Below are positions 35,301-44,300 of a DNA stretch of 64,000 bases, piece by piece. The position numbers and the translations under genes were made by a program. The stretch's first letter is position 1. Every line of letters begins with the position of its first letter. A model generated the notes under the pieces. It saw only the letters and a list, made by a program, of their open reading frames with translations. It searched no databases and was not told the origin of the DNA. The stretch is taken from assembly GCA_965215125.1 (NCBI GenBank), contig OZ244052.1:384001-448000 (forward strand). The letters run 5' to 3'. This DNA comes from an uncultured candidatus Porisulfidus sp. GTDB taxonomy: Bacteria; Pseudomonadota; Gammaproteobacteria; Poriferisulfidales; Oxydemutatoraceae.

Positions 35301-38078
35301 CGCAGATCCCAAAGCACCGAATAAACCTTGATAGTCGGCATCATCTCTATTTATCTGCACATTAAATATCGTATGACCATCACCGTTAAAAATGCCTGTG
35401 AAACGACCTGCAAGCGTGCCTATAGGCAACCAGCCGGTGTCCGCATCGTTGCCGTAATCGGCAACCGTCCATTTTGTTTTATTGATCGGGTCGCGGTAGC
35501 TCGCATCCGAGTTGAAATCCAAATCTCGCGCTAGTTTGTATTTGCCTTTCGGTTGATTGCGTATCGCATTCAAATCTTCCAAATAATAAATGTCGCTAAA
35601 ACCGTCATTCTCTACGACCTTCATCACCGATATCGGCTCGGATACGATGCGATGATCATAACCTTGATTGTCGCGATAATCCAACCATACGCGATAGCCG
35701 ATATTATCGATTTCCGACAACACCGTCGGTATCTGATAGCGTATTTGTATCGCATCTCCGATATCCTGCCATGTTGCCAAATCGGACGGTAGTTTGTACT
35801 GCCATTGATAACCGAAGCTGTTAATATCTGCACCACCGTCGGGATCTACAGATAAATCGGCTTCGCCGATATCCGCCACCGCTAAAGTGCCCTCGTGATA
35901 GGTCGGTGTCGCCAAGGTGCTTATGCTACCGCCGTTTGTTTTGACAACCGTCAGCGTCGTACTTCGGGTTACGATTGTCCGACCGGCACGCACTTCCACT
36001 TGCAACACAACGGGGGCCTCGTCGACATCTCGGGCTACAAAATCGTCGGGTATGTCTATATCCAGTTCGGCTTGCCGAGTATTTAAGCCTTTTAATAAAT
36101 CGGGTTGCAGCGGTGAGATTTGACTCCAACGATAACGCACTCGCCGCTGATCCGGTTCGGAGGTTGAAACACTCAACGCAATGCGCCGACCTTCGCTCAC
36201 CCTATGATCCGAACGATCGCTACTAATCATTGCTTGCAAGCCGGATCGACGTATCACCCAAATCCGATAGTGCCTCGCTATCGTAATTAAGGTCGGTTCG
36301 GGGGCTACATTCAAAATAATCGGTGTCATCTCGCCGTTATTCACCGAAGACAAACCGATTTTCTCGTCCTTAAGAATACTAATCGTCTGTGTGCTATTCG
36401 CTATCGTAGGGCTGAACCTTATCTCTGTTACATTATCGTCGCTTAAGTTCACACGATAATCGAAGGTCTGCGGATTAAACGCAGGAGATAAGCTCAACCC
36501 GTCTAATACAAGCAAACCCGAGAGCATGATGTGCTGACCCGACAATAGGTGTCCCTTTTCAGAACCCTCGCTATGTCTGAGTATCGGGTATTGTTCGCCG
36601 GTGCCGAACTCCCAATCGGCAACATCCCATCGCTCAAAGGTCTCGCCCGGTAGACCGGGAGCAGTCGGTGATTTTAGCTGCTCGGTAGTCCGTGGACTGC
36701 CACCGGCACTGAACGATATCCCGGCAGCCTCGCTATTCCAATAACTGTGTATTACACGCACCATGTCGGCATGCCTCGTTTGGTGTGCATAATTCCAGCC
36801 GATCAACCCTCCGGCATGCGCACCGCTTGCGACAACTTGCCCGTTTGCAAAACTGTCGGAAACGATGCCTTTATTACTGCCGACCAAACCACCGACTCTA
36901 TGCACACCGCCTACATAACCGCTTGAGTATGTATTGCTTATTCGACCGCCCTCGTTCCAACCGACCAAACCGCCCACATCGCTATCGCCATCTATGCGAC
37001 CCTGCGCAAAACTATTGGTGATTTCACTATTCCTGTTCCAACCGACCAGACCGCCCGTATAAAGATTACCCGAAACCGCACCGCTCGCCCGACTATCGGC
37101 AACTCCGCCGCTGCGGTCATTCGCACCGACCAAACCACCGCTATACGAACCGTCGCTTATTACTTTGCCTTCGGCATGGCTTGCACTAATCCGGGCATGG
37201 TTGAGACCGACCAAACCACCGACATAATCGCTCCCATTCGCAGTCCCGTCGGACCGACTGTCTGTCAGCATACCTCCGAAATTAAGACCGACCAAGCCAC
37301 CGACTTGGCTGACACCGAATACACTCGTATCGGCAACGCTATATCTGATATGTCCTTCGTTGTGACCCACCAGACCGCCGAGACTATGACTGCCACCCTC
37401 TACACGCTCGAGTATGACATCGCCGTTGAGTATCGTCCCGGCGTTGACACCGAACAACCCACCTACGGTGTTGCCTACACCGATTAGACGACCCCCTTCC
37501 ACACCGATATAAGAAACACCCCCGGCGTTATGACCGGCTAAACTACCGATGTACGAATTCCCTGTGATGTTTATTTGCGACAATACCAAATCGCTGATTT
37601 TGGCTAGTCTCGTCGTTGCCTTGAATAAACCGACATAATCCGACGGCCTGTCGATATAAAGATTGGCTATCGTATGACCATTGCCTTCAAACCTTGCGCT
37701 AAAGAAACTCAGCCGATCGCCTATAGGCAACCAACCTAAACCACTCGTCCATGCTGCTTTGTTGATGATGTTGCGGTAGTCATCGGAAACATTGAAGTCT
37801 AGATCCCTGCGCAACTCGTAGCCGTTGCAACCGCTTTGCGGACACCCCGCAGTGATCTTGACTGCGTCAAAACTTTCTTTATAGCCGGTGCCGTCAAGCT
37901 GATAACGAACTGCATTCAATGCGTCCAAGTCGCATAGCTCTATCAAGCCATCGTTGTCTTGATCTATATCGGTTAGGTAATTGCATCGGAAACCGTCTTG
38001 TGCCGATACAGGTGTGAACCCTATGACTAATGTATAGAGGGCATATAGAAACCAATTTGGTCTTCTTTTGTTTATCAT
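20382..38078 (-). CDS. Giant secreted GLUG-repeat / cadherin-like beta-sandwich adhesin-like protein, copy B (5898 aa)
   Basis: Uninterrupted ORF with the same 10-module architecture, a signal peptide ending PVSA|QD and the same C-terminus. Confidence 0.9.
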   Translation of the reverse strand: MINKRRPNWFLYALYTLVIGFTPVSAQDGFRCNYLTDIDQDNDGLIELCDLDALNAVRYQLDGTGYKESFDAVKITAGCPQSGCNGYELRRDLDFNVSDDYRNIINKAAWTSGLGWLPIGDRLSFFSARFEGNGHTIANLYIDRPSDYVGLFKATTRLAKISDLVLSQINITGNSYIGSLAGHNAGGVSYIGVEGGRLIGVGNTVGGLFGVNAGTILNGDVILERVEGGSHSLGGLVGHNEGHIRYSVADTSVFGVSQVGGLVGLNFGGMLTDSRSDGTANGSDYVGGLVGLNHARISASHAEGKVISDGSYSGGLVGANDRSGGVADSRASGAVSGNLYTGGLVGWNRNSEITNSFAQGRIDGDSDVGGLVGWNEGGRISNTYSSGYVGGVHRVGGLVGSNKGIVSDSFANGQVVASGAHAGGLIGWNYAHQTRHADMVRVIHSYWNSEAAGISFSAGGSPRTTEQLKSPTAPGLPGETFERWDVADWEFGTGEQYPILRHSEGSEKGHLLSGQHIMLSGLLVLDGLSLSPAFNPQTFDYRVNLSDDNVTEIRFSPTIANSTQTISILKDEKIGLSSVNNGEMTPIILNVAPEPTLITIARHYRIWVIRRSGLQAMISSDRSDHRVSEGRRIALSVSTSEPDQRRVRYRWSQISPLQPDLLKGLNTRQAELDIDIPDDFVARDVDEAPVVLQVEVRAGRTIVTRSTTLTVVKTNGGSISTLATPTYHEGTLAVADIGEADLSVDPDGGADINSFGYQWQYKLPSDLATWQDIGDAIQIRYQIPTVLSEIDNIGYRVWLDYRDNQGYDHRIVSEPISVMKVVENDGFSDIYYLEDLNAIRNQPKGKYKLARDLDFNSDASYRDPINKTKWTVADYGNDADTGWLPIGTLAGRFTGIFNGDGHTIFNVQINRDDADYQGLFGALGSAASIRNIGLLNVKIEGRRYIGGLVGINAGTIVGSYAVGEFTANSLVGGIVGVNNGKIINSYAGSDISMQSSVPSHLGGLVGTNEGVVINSHATVRISERRSNNVGGLIGWNAINARVINSYAGGDVGGDAHVGGLTGINRGSITNSYADGEVSGNSDVAGLVGVNQIAAARVSNSYAVGRVQGSGGGLVAINGGSIRASYWNVEIGGAQNRHGSGQSTRQMQLPTAAIGIYEEWDDADWDFGNSAQYPILKYAPGPDGDACGVPGVPQCGELISPRLRYGLHSLATADGVVLSPKFDIEAQNRSGIYIGSLRSTDNTIRLIPTAIEPAAHIRFYIGDDNTAYDGIRSGETSKAISLQPTGMTRIHIEVQGTVTVRYALYIGYQSIADDRIMPINYLEDLDAIRDRPTGSYKLTRDLDFADSESYLEPLNRIFWTVDDYQDATDTGWVPMGNESEPFAGRFDGNGYTISGLQINRDDVDNQSLFGVSTSDALISNIGLLNVKVEGGAKVAGLIGTHRGQVGYSYVSGSVVSKSIEGVGGGLVANNDGGDVIGSYAIVEVLGTSSLGGLIGDNDGRIINSHADSIVIPSSGGSRFGGLVGLNRSLIANSYATGKVLPGEGSTIIGGLVGWNDSQARIINGYAAVSVVGAIAGGLVGYNLGSIKSSYAIGELGGGSNTRGSLVGINDGRTPVASYWNTDTIATGGNNGIGQTSTQLRSATPVMPNSIYKDWDTGDWDFGTPQQYPILKYTTATESVFECDLSGMSQCGNLISPGFRYGLRYLTAANDVTFSPPLDIERLNQSGVYFGTAVSDHPSVRLTPVAIEPTARINIIGSVRETLDSNNMNFLISLKNDEVKKVIIEVESTQTVRYTLYLSYAPHRVIDEDGDGLVDIDYLEDLNAIRYQLDGSGYKANVGSVKITSGCPSTGCRGYELLRDLDFNDVGSYRNAEENMGRWTGAGAWKPIAGTFTGTFKGNNKTIANLSVRSRGGLFVVIGSDSRVAYIDGIGLSGVDIKGGVVAGIAASCKRCTISNSYVIGNIEGVAAVAGLVNTISGTSGGRARISNSYFVGNLAVNGRSAVAGGLVGDVDSTLSITDSYVVGTITAEHDDAFIGGLIGVRTSSAIDIGNSYASVSATKAGVSQGLFGGNRNPQDRLAPTVYTIYLDEDISETNVTLGEGKRTAELQSPTSATGIYTSWGSDNWDFGTAKQYPAIKYNLRADSTDGDAYCDVADIQRRPDACHTLLRHQGSLLQDLKLSESAGLSGSFNSTSFDYGISVNADRSTIRMLPTAFNRAAKIEVVKNGNAIGETDSGEWTVPIPLNDFVDTVFSLVVKDGKRHSYRYQFVVNRLDVVAQNIDEDGDGLIDISNATHLNAVRHRLHGSAYQERETADAIYCANGCRGYELTADIDLAGISWWPIGTFNKPFSGVFKGNGYTISNLTIKAGSTNEVGLFGAIGAGGRVENVGLMNVNITGQSNVGTIAGYSFGTIINSYAEGKLLAKVNDGGGLVGRKRHGTIVNSYAHVDVQVDNNRAGGLVGWNEIGGSIVNSYAVGDVQASNGRAGNVGGLVGINHSKIHMSYTIGDVQANSGSAGGLVATYKAEHTVVDSYYRKGAVISGTDSLIGTDKTMIELEAGVPSNDIYTGWDRADWHFGNADQYPALLYATGDDDNTACRQPLPQQLSECNGRLSAGLSEHDKTIICRSHLPRLPKQQPYCGALLPEQRAGLVQMELSKNARLLPAFNLEIYDYHLVVGSGDKVRTTPTAYYGTDTITVDAGGLSSSKRSGQSSLFTLSDDLDSIVLKVQSATQGMPTFYTIKVLQDIAVVDDFITIDYLDDLNLMRYALAQVSATLKDCPIDTEDGARRCKGYKLARDLDFKNPTSYRAGVINPIWTTGAGWQPIGNRRNPFSGLFNGNAHTISNLRIQGMPVGDIGLFGVVADGARIEHIGLLNVDIDMSRHDLYSIGTLVGLNLGEIVNSYVIGGDVQGHLYVGGLVGRNDGGTIVNSYADVSVNGRFAITGGLVGSNAIGGKIHNSYASGAVVGNDFVGGLVGISTRDIHNSYASGAVIGSDFVGGLVGELSQSGIVVSNSYAIGKVTSRRLIGGLLGRASLGSADASYWDVVTSGVADDGDDVTGIGKTTTELRTAAIGDGIYSNWDSNDWYSESGQYPVLRYTSATDIITRPACRTTEDADTELPMCGTLLLNQGIGLSNLAHSNRIGQVFLLRPDFNSGIYDYELIVKSDAREFSIIPHSFNSQAMIVISDKNGTKKLQSGRAHSVIIDNLNNSLLTLVVDEPLTSMTTQTTTYHFGVIRHSLITVNDIDEDDDGLIEVRSAEDLNAIRYQLDGSGYKASRDDTKIALGCPTTPTVGCKGYELVASIDLSGFDWHPIGAIDATTLDCIGTQSRCFAAIFDGNNHTISNLRIDKTATDNVGLFAALADAAQVRNVNLADVEVGGRFGVGSLTAYNAGIIDNSSADATVVGERDVGGLVAYNVGRISNSYAYGAVSGGRMVGGLVARNENAGVITNSYSLNRVSGNDSIGGLVALNLGSIANTYASGVVEGVTLIGGLVGDNGGSVRNSYAMADIVCTGVPACSSYTVATGGLIGRNVGGHVANSYWDTGVSNIRISAAGIGKTALQLQSGTGQSSDAGGVYYRWRDNDWHFGDVYHYPILKYTTNTESTLAGLQSYGLASLTIAEVVTLSPNFSTTKLHYRLGVELDANIKQLHLTPNALDEDATIRIVSDNGFDETVKTGTGSSAIALHSTDTTVISVEVSGDRRIRYRFEVDYFSSGFEEDVDTDKDGLIDILTLEDLDAIRNALDGRSLRHQNADGVLIESAKGCPMTGCKGYELLQDLDFDNPAHYRAGSVNTAWTTGSGWQPIGTSLHPFTSIFKGNGYTISNLRVNSPDSDYIGLFGVLDGSKSDVVIEGIGLTGVDIVGGAHVGGLVGYNRAGDISRSYASGYVAARGNGTSAMVGGLVGRNVAGLITESYSETQVKANLAARLSVALAGGLVALNDNRSRIENSYAIGSIIGQDTVGGLVAINRDSSEIINSYAVNRVIAVGARSKVGGLVAVNDAVVDDSYWDIEASGIASSAGGSSATTAILRSSTPTSPINSIYKNWDADVWEFADASRYPELKAIADVPLLVPEGKSLLQSLTLSNNVRLFPSFHPLIFDYELIAESARMTEVRVDTTSTRVGTTIDIACRNGLICSSGIPTSFVLDGSHTPEITITTHNPDAGELSYHFSVRYDELKIERVTATTTTIVPLSLSVAEGERVRLMISYNFTLDEDLYRYKWQQSAGDVLKFNDRLSSVDTQSAVLDFTVPGDVVSKQDDSHVVQLTAEIGVGDVYMSRAISLIVSKANNDIADRIRLIEDNDKPYTYAVRLEREDGSDFVDRDGGLAETHIQWQRRRSDAEDWINVGSESTYTIPNEGAYQYRVLATYEDNQGYREQLASRVIDYLDIDDDNDGLIEIRYLEDLDAIRYVLDGSGYKADAMSTTNTTGCASGGCKGYELMNDLDFTDDASYRTPSPSLLKNSWTVSDFRDASDSGWQPISGFNAVFNGNGYTISNMQINRSVGYQSNIGLFSNIGSGGRVKNLGLVDPTIKGLAGIKNVGGIAGRIERGGVIMNSYVVGDVGAGNTDKIITGDVGFGNGIGFIGGMVGWNKGFILNSYARINVTAEDSGTLANKRVGVGGLVGRNIDGGKVYNSYATGEVKGPCIVGGLVGNQFSTNSDELPKRSEIKNSYATGNVETGFGTCVNSNDRVAGGLVGFNNNSAIENSYTLGEVSGDGTLNGLVAGRFPVGNGSIAKPVNSYWNFSMNCNEGLIFDSDNNRIPVVFCYKSFAPTSVHPGARLSFGLQSATTPDFNYAACIEDSGIIRNCRTYTNWSTTDWHFGNAEQYPALKYGVGLDAADPGCDTDPGTALPSCNALLSGQIADALLLDRLSLSANSRAVRLTPSFKSSRFNYEAIIETEELPLIINIATDADEGTAITIRKDGGAPLTKQSDGTVQISANKSFRLKIETTLGNNRKANYQVQVRLKYPILPNIRKTINGTPLTDIPKQSILFLDEGDVVRFDIAWDGLIGRLFAFRSSWVSGKPLSETMATREFTVPVDFVARDEDDSMVTLRWEFNEINNPESSVREIPISVRKANNGNSTSTVKWISSDTLSASNLSDDIDGGPLTDIGYRWLLEQNGKFIAIPGATRKSYTPPEDARNAQYRLSISYTDGQGYRTNIHHDAPPYADIATHKDKDNDGLIEIETLEDLNAVRYQPDGSGYRASSTASKIATGCPDGRCRGYELVRDLDFLDDASYSSTANKVAWTTAAGWQPIGTVTNNDCSDADSDCFAGIFDGNGYRITNLRINRDTTDEIGLFAGNTGTIRNLGLSAIEIRGNARVGGLVGRNEGELINAYVDGGSVVGQNNIIGLLTGVSVSGASIINSYARGTVGGSRFVGGICGVNFGMISKSYAVADVSAERDAGGLVGENQGAISNGYAAGSVSISDKKQAVGGLVGTLWAGGSVSNSYSAAEVKTTFVATANTDAQYVGGLIGIRQSPGLIVANSYWDTDASGQTNSPGGGTAKTELQMPTAPGTMVNDIYYTWDSDDWDFGTADEYPVLKYRDNTCGTSTPSPDCGRLLLHQRIGLRSLKLEQNVGAGHLYLSPDFDPAVTTYTVSVHADASELRVTPIAANPDASIIADGNVLPTNDTGYSVLLNTSEPTSTVIRVATSNAAGMEAPVVYKLTINNNRLPRISINAPASIVEGETFALNAAIADPEGDELSYSLSMIPNLLSDIERSTGTVVGRADLRYEHGIPNDLLDEMQNTDVVDIVLTVDDGLGVAGETAQFAMIKKNNGVISVPAPTLNGFRYTIAGIDLSSDSDGTNPTPEIAYRWQKELLGSWLDIDGATDQSHTVEGIIGDRYRVLIDYTDKQGYRHRGLASPAMSAPQQFIYNVVRSRGVLRTSVVRSTDIFVNIRVFPEGLLR

Positions 38079-38187
38079 ATGAGGGGGAGGGAATTACTAA
38101 AAATTCCAGGATTAAGTTAGAGTCATTTTATTTCAAAATATTGTGTTTCCTTATATGGGTAGGTTTATGTTTTAATTTTAAGTGACG

Positions 38188-38196
38188 ATTATAGCA
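38188..38196 (-). promoter_or_regulatory. Putative sigma70 extended -10 (TGCTATAAT) for copy B
   Basis: Perfect TGnTATAAT about 110 nt upstream of the ATG at 38078, homologous to 20242-20250. Confidence 0.6.
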
Positions 38197-38347
38197 TAAT
38201 CTCCATGGAAATTTTCTAAAAATTCAATACCCCTAATTCTGAAATAAGGTATAAAATCCTTAGATTGTGGATAATTTACCTGCAAAACAATCAGCTAAAT
38301 CCTTATTTAATCGAAGAATTAATCGCCGGATAAAGGAGGGAAATAGG

Positions 38348-41300
38348 CTAGCGTAAAAGGCCTTCGGGAAATACTCTAATGTTTACGAAAATATCCGTTG
38401 ACCGAACCACTGAAGTTCTTAAAACACCCCTAGATCTCACGACATTATATATGAATTGCTGCGGTGCCGACATCGCCGGAGATGCTAATCCTCGATGCCT
38501 ATAACCCTGCTTATCGGTGTAATCAATCAATACACGATAGCGATTACCTATAATGCCTTCTACGGTATGGCTTTGATCGGTGGCACCATCAATATCCAAC
38601 CAGCTACCCAGCAGTTCCTTCTGCCATCGATAAGCTATCTCGGGGGTAGGATTTGTTCCATCCGAATCCGACGATAGATCTATGCCTGCTATGGTATACC
38701 TAAAACCATTCAGCGTAGGCGCAGGAACCGATATAACGCCGTTATTCTCTTTGACTATCGTTAACCGCACCGTTTCATCGACAACGCCTAAGCCATCGTC
38801 AACCGTCAAAACGATATCCACATCATTGATGCTTTGCATCTCACCGAGCAGATCACTCGGTATATTAAGCTCATACCTTAAATCGGCACGACCTACTACC
38901 GTGCCGGTGCTTCTTTGTATATCCGATAATAGGTTCGGAATCATACTTAGACTATAACTCAACTCGGCTCCTTCGGGATCCGCTATAGCGGCATTTAATG
39001 CAAAGGTTTCACCCTCTACGATTGAAGCAGGTGCGTTAATACTTATCCTCGGCAAACGATTATTATTTATCGTCAATTTATAGACAACGGGGGCTTCCAT
39101 TCCCGCCGCATTACTCGTCGCAACACGAATAACCGTGGAGGTAGGCTCGGAAGTATCGAGCGAGACGGAATAGTCGGTATCGTTCGTCGGCAGGACTCTG
39201 TCGTCGGCTATGATACTCGCATCGGGATTAGCGGCTATCGGGGTGACTCTCAGTTCGCTCGCATCGGCATGAACCGACACCGTATAAGTCGTAACCGCAG
39301 GATCAAAGTCGGGGGAGAAATACAAATGTCCCGCTCCTACATTTTGTTCCAACTTTAGAGCTCGCAAACCGATACGCTGGTGGAGTAACAATCTACCGCA
39401 ATCCGGCGACGGCGTCGAAGTGCCACAGGTGTTATCGTGGTATTTGAGTGCCGGATACTCATCGGCAGTGCCGAAATCCCATTGATCTGTATTCCAATCG
39501 TAATAGGCATCTCTGTTAATGGTACCCGCCGCAACCGGTGCCTTCAAATTGTCCGACGTAAAACCCCTATAGTTTAGGTTCGTTGCGATACTATTGGCAC
39601 TGCCTATCGGATTATCGGCATCCATCTTCCAATAACTTCGGATCGGGTTGGTGGATCCGCCGCCGATTAATCCGCCTATATCGCTGCCACTTGCCGTCAC
39701 ATTGCTCGCCGCATAACTATTACGGATATTGCCTGCGTGAAAACCGACCAAGCCACCTATATTTCTGACGATAAATCCGGTTACCATCACATTGCCGAGT
39801 GCATAACTGTTATCTATATTTCCCGTACCCAAACCGACTAAGCCACCTATATTTCCGACGATAAATCCGGTTACCGTCACATTGCTCGCTGCATAACTAT
39901 TACGGATATTTCCTTGACAAAAACCGACCAAACCACCTACATTATCTGCTCTTTTTGCCACCACATTAGCCATCGTATAACTGCGCTCAATATCAACCGA
40001 AGAATCAACGAAACCGATTAAACCGCCTATATTGAGAGAGAATCCGGCAACCGTGCCTCTCACATAACTGTCAACGATTCTCCCTCTCTCCATAAGACCG
40101 ATCAAGCCACCTACCTGCTGATTCCCCACAACGTATACATCGATTAGACCTACTCTTTTAATCTCGGCATTTGTCCCTTCGACAACACCGAACAGCCCGA
40201 TATAGTCCCTGTCTGCTCTATCTATCATCAAATTAGCAATCGTAAAACCGTTGCCGTCAAAAATACCGGTAAAAGGCTTGGTATGATCACCTATAGGTTG
40301 CCAAGCTGCAGCGGTCGTCCAAGCCACTTTATTAGCCGTTGAACTATAGCTTGCATCATCCAGAAAATCCAAATCCCTAACCAATTCATAGCCTCGACAC
40401 TTCTCTACACCGTTGACCAAAGGACAACCTGTAGTCATCATAATTGTCGTAGAACTCGCACGATAACCGCTGCCGTCCGGTTGATAACGAACCGCATTGA
40501 GATCCTCGAGGGTTTCAATCTCTATTAAACCATCGTTGTCTTTATCTACAAAGTTTACAATCGTTGCAAATCGTGGCGCGTCGTAGTGAATGTTCGTTCG
40601 GTAACCCTGTCCATCGGTATAACTTATAGAAAGTCTATATTGCGCATTGCGAGCATTTTCCAACGGCGTATAGCTTTTTCGAGTCGCACCGGGTATAGCG
40701 ACAAATCTACCGTTTTGTTCCAACGACCATAGATAACCGATATCGGTCAACGGCCCTCCGTCTATATCGTTTGACAAATCTTCTGCGGAGAGCGTGTTGC
40801 TACTTATCCATTTCACACTACTCTCGGCATTTCCATTATTTATTTTTCTCACCAGCAACGGTACTTCTCTACTTACGGTAGTTAGTGGATTATTGCTTTC
40901 GCTAAGTTCCAGTTTTAAGACGACCGTGCTATCGTCCTCGTCCGTTGCGACAAAATCGGTAGGCACCGTAAACTCTATGGTAGATGTAGTCTGTATCCCC
41001 GACAGTAAGGTTTTTCCCGATACTTGACTCCATCGGTAATCCAACCGCGAATTGCTCTGCCCGAAACTCTTTGAGGCATCGAAGCGGACGACATCCCCCT
41101 CACTTAAGCTAAGGATATTTCCTTTGATTAATTCGGTGGGAGTACTCCCGTTTACTATTTTGAGAATACCGGGCTGAGGTGAGTACTTTAAGCGCACCTG
41201 CACTTGATAGCTTGCACCCCTATTACTCCCCAGCAAAGTCTCAACTTTGAGTTTGAATGAGTCCTCTGCACTAATCTGCACGGTGCCGTCCGATTGTCCG

Positions 41301-44300
41301 GTCAAAGCAGAACCGTGGTCTTTACGAATTGTTATTACGGTACCTTCGCCGGCACCGGCAGCAATTTTTATAGCCACTGGTACTATCTCGGCATCAATCA
41401 TCGCTTCGTAGTTAAATCTACTCGGCATGAAATTCGGGGTCAAACGCACATCTCTTGAATTGGCGGATAAACTCAGACTATCCAATAACAGTGCATCGGG
41501 AATCTGACCGGACAATAAAGAATCACAACTCGGCAACGCCGTCCCAGGATTGGTGTCGCAACCCGGATTAGCTGTATCCAATCCGACTCCGTATTTGAGT
41601 GCCGGATATTGCTCTGCATTACCGAAGTGCCAATCATCGGTACTCCATCGATAATAAACGTCGGTTTCCGCTGTACCTGGTTTGAGTGCCGATATCAGTC
41701 GAATGGTAGCCCTGTCGGTACTATCATCACCTATATTAGTCGTTCCGCTATCCCAATAACTATTTATCGGGGCGGACCCTCGGGCAATTAAATTAGACAA
41801 TGTGCCGCCACCGGAAACTTCACCTAGAGTATAACTATTTTCAACCGTTGAATTATTATTAACACCGACTAAACCACCGGCAACTCTGTCGTTTGAGTTT
41901 ACGCAGGTGCCGAACCCGGTCTCTACATTACCGGTCGTATAGCTATTTTTGATTTCGCTCCTTTTCGGTAGCTCGTTTGAGTTGGTAGAAAACTGATTGC
42001 CCACCAAACCACCGACGATGCAAGGTCCTTTCACCTCACCGGTCGCATAGCTGTTATACACCTTGCCACCGTCTATATTCCTGCCGACCAAACCGCCCAC
42101 TCCGACCCGCTTCGTATTGGGTGATCCGGAATCTTCGGCAATCACATTGATCTTCGCATAACTATTGAGTATAAAACCTTTATTCCAGCCGACCATCCCG
42201 CCTATGAATCCTATACCGTTGCCGAAGCCGACATCACCTGTTATTATTTTATCGGTGTTTCCCGCTTCGACATCGCCGACCACATGACTATTCATGATGA
42301 CACCGCCGCGTTCTATTCTGCCGGCAATGCCACCTACATTTTTGATCCCGAACAGACCTTTGATCGTCGGATCTACAAGTCTAAAGTTCTTAACCCTTCC
42401 GACTGCTCCTATTATAGAAAATAAACCTATATTGCTTTGATAGCCGACGCTACGATTTATTTGCATATTGGATATCGTATAAACGTTGCCGTTAAATACG
42501 GCATTAAATACTCCACCGATAGGCTGCCAACCCAAATCGCTTGCATCCCTAAAATCGCTCACCGTCCAACTATTTTTGAGTAGCGACGGATTCGGTGTAC
42601 GATAGCTTGCATCGTCGGTAAAATCTAGATCATTCATCAACTCATAGCCTCGGCATTTCTCTGCACCATTGACCAACGGACAACCTGTGGTGATCTTATC
42701 CGCACTTTCAGTTGCTTTATAACCGGTGCCGTCCAACTGATAGCGTATCGCATCCAAATCTTCCAAATAACGAATCTCTATCAAACCATCGTTATCGTCG
42801 TCTATGTCTAAATAGTCTATAACTCTGGATGCCAGTTGTTCACGATGACCTTGATTGTCTTCGTAAGTAGCAAGTGCACGATATTGATAAGCACCTTCGT
42901 TGGGAATAGTATACGTAGACTCGCTCCCGACATTGATCCAATCTTCTGCATCGCTACGACGACGTTGCCATTGTATATGAGTTTCGGCAAGGCCACCGTC
43001 GCGGTCTACAAAATCGCTACCGTCCTCTCTTTCAAGTCGAACGACATAAGTATAGGGTTTATCGTTATCTTCAATTAAGCGAATACGATCGGCAGTATCG
43101 TTGTTCTGTTTAGAAACTATCAATGATATCGTCCTGCTTATATACACGCCGTCGATATCGATTTCCGCCGTTAACCGTATGACCCGGCTATCGTCTTGCT
43201 TGGATACTATATCGCCGGGTACCGTGAAATCCAGCACTACATTTCGTGCATCAACCGGCCATCGGTAGCGATAAGAATCTGCACTCAAACCGAAATCATA
43301 AGAAGCTATCAAATGAACATGCTCGCCTTCGGCTACCGACAACGATAGTAGCACGATTGTCGTTGTCGTTGCCGTCACTCGCCTGACCGTTAATTTGTGG
43401 TAGCGTACTAAGAAGTTATACGACAATTCGCCGGCATCGGGATTATGCGTGGTTATAGTAATTTCCGGTGTATGGCTACCGTCCAATACAAACGATGTAG
43501 GAATACTCGATGAACATATCAAGCCATTGCGACAAGCAATATCTATAGTCGTGCTTACCCGTGTCGATGTGGTATCGACTTGTACTTCGGTCATTCGAGC
43601 AGCCTCGGCGATAAGGTCGTAGTCAAAAATGAGAGGATGAAAAGACGGGAATAACTGGACATTGTTCGATAGGGTCAAACTTTGCAACAGACTTTTTCCT
43701 TCGGGAGCAAGCAACGGCACATCGGCAATTGCTTTCAGTTCGGGGTAGCGATTCGCATCTGCGAACTCCCATACATCGGCATCCCAGTTTTTATAAATAC
43801 TATTGATCGGCGAAGTCGGTGTGGACGATCGGAGTACTGCCGTGGTCGCAGAGGTGCCGGCGGCACCCGATGCGATACCGCTCGCCTCTATATCCCAATA
43901 ACTATCGTCAACTACCGCATCGTTGACGGCAACCAAGCCACCTACTGTAGATATCTCTCCGATGCCTATCGTTCTGCTTACTGCGTAGCTATTGATGATT
44001 TCGCTGGAACCTTGATTGATAGCAACTAAACCACCGATAGTTTCCCAACCGATTACCGACCCCACCGCATAGCTATTCTCAATGCGACTGCGATTGTCGT
44101 TTAGGGCAACCAAACCACCTGCCAATGCCACCGATAATCCGGCCGCTAGATTAGCCTTCACTTGTGTCTCGGCATACGACTCGGTAATCGAACCGGCAAC
44201 ATTCCTGCCGACCAAGCCACCCACCATTGCCGATGTGCCGTTGCCTCTTGTCGTCACAGAACCACTAACATAACTCCGGCGAATGTCGCCCGCTCGGTTA

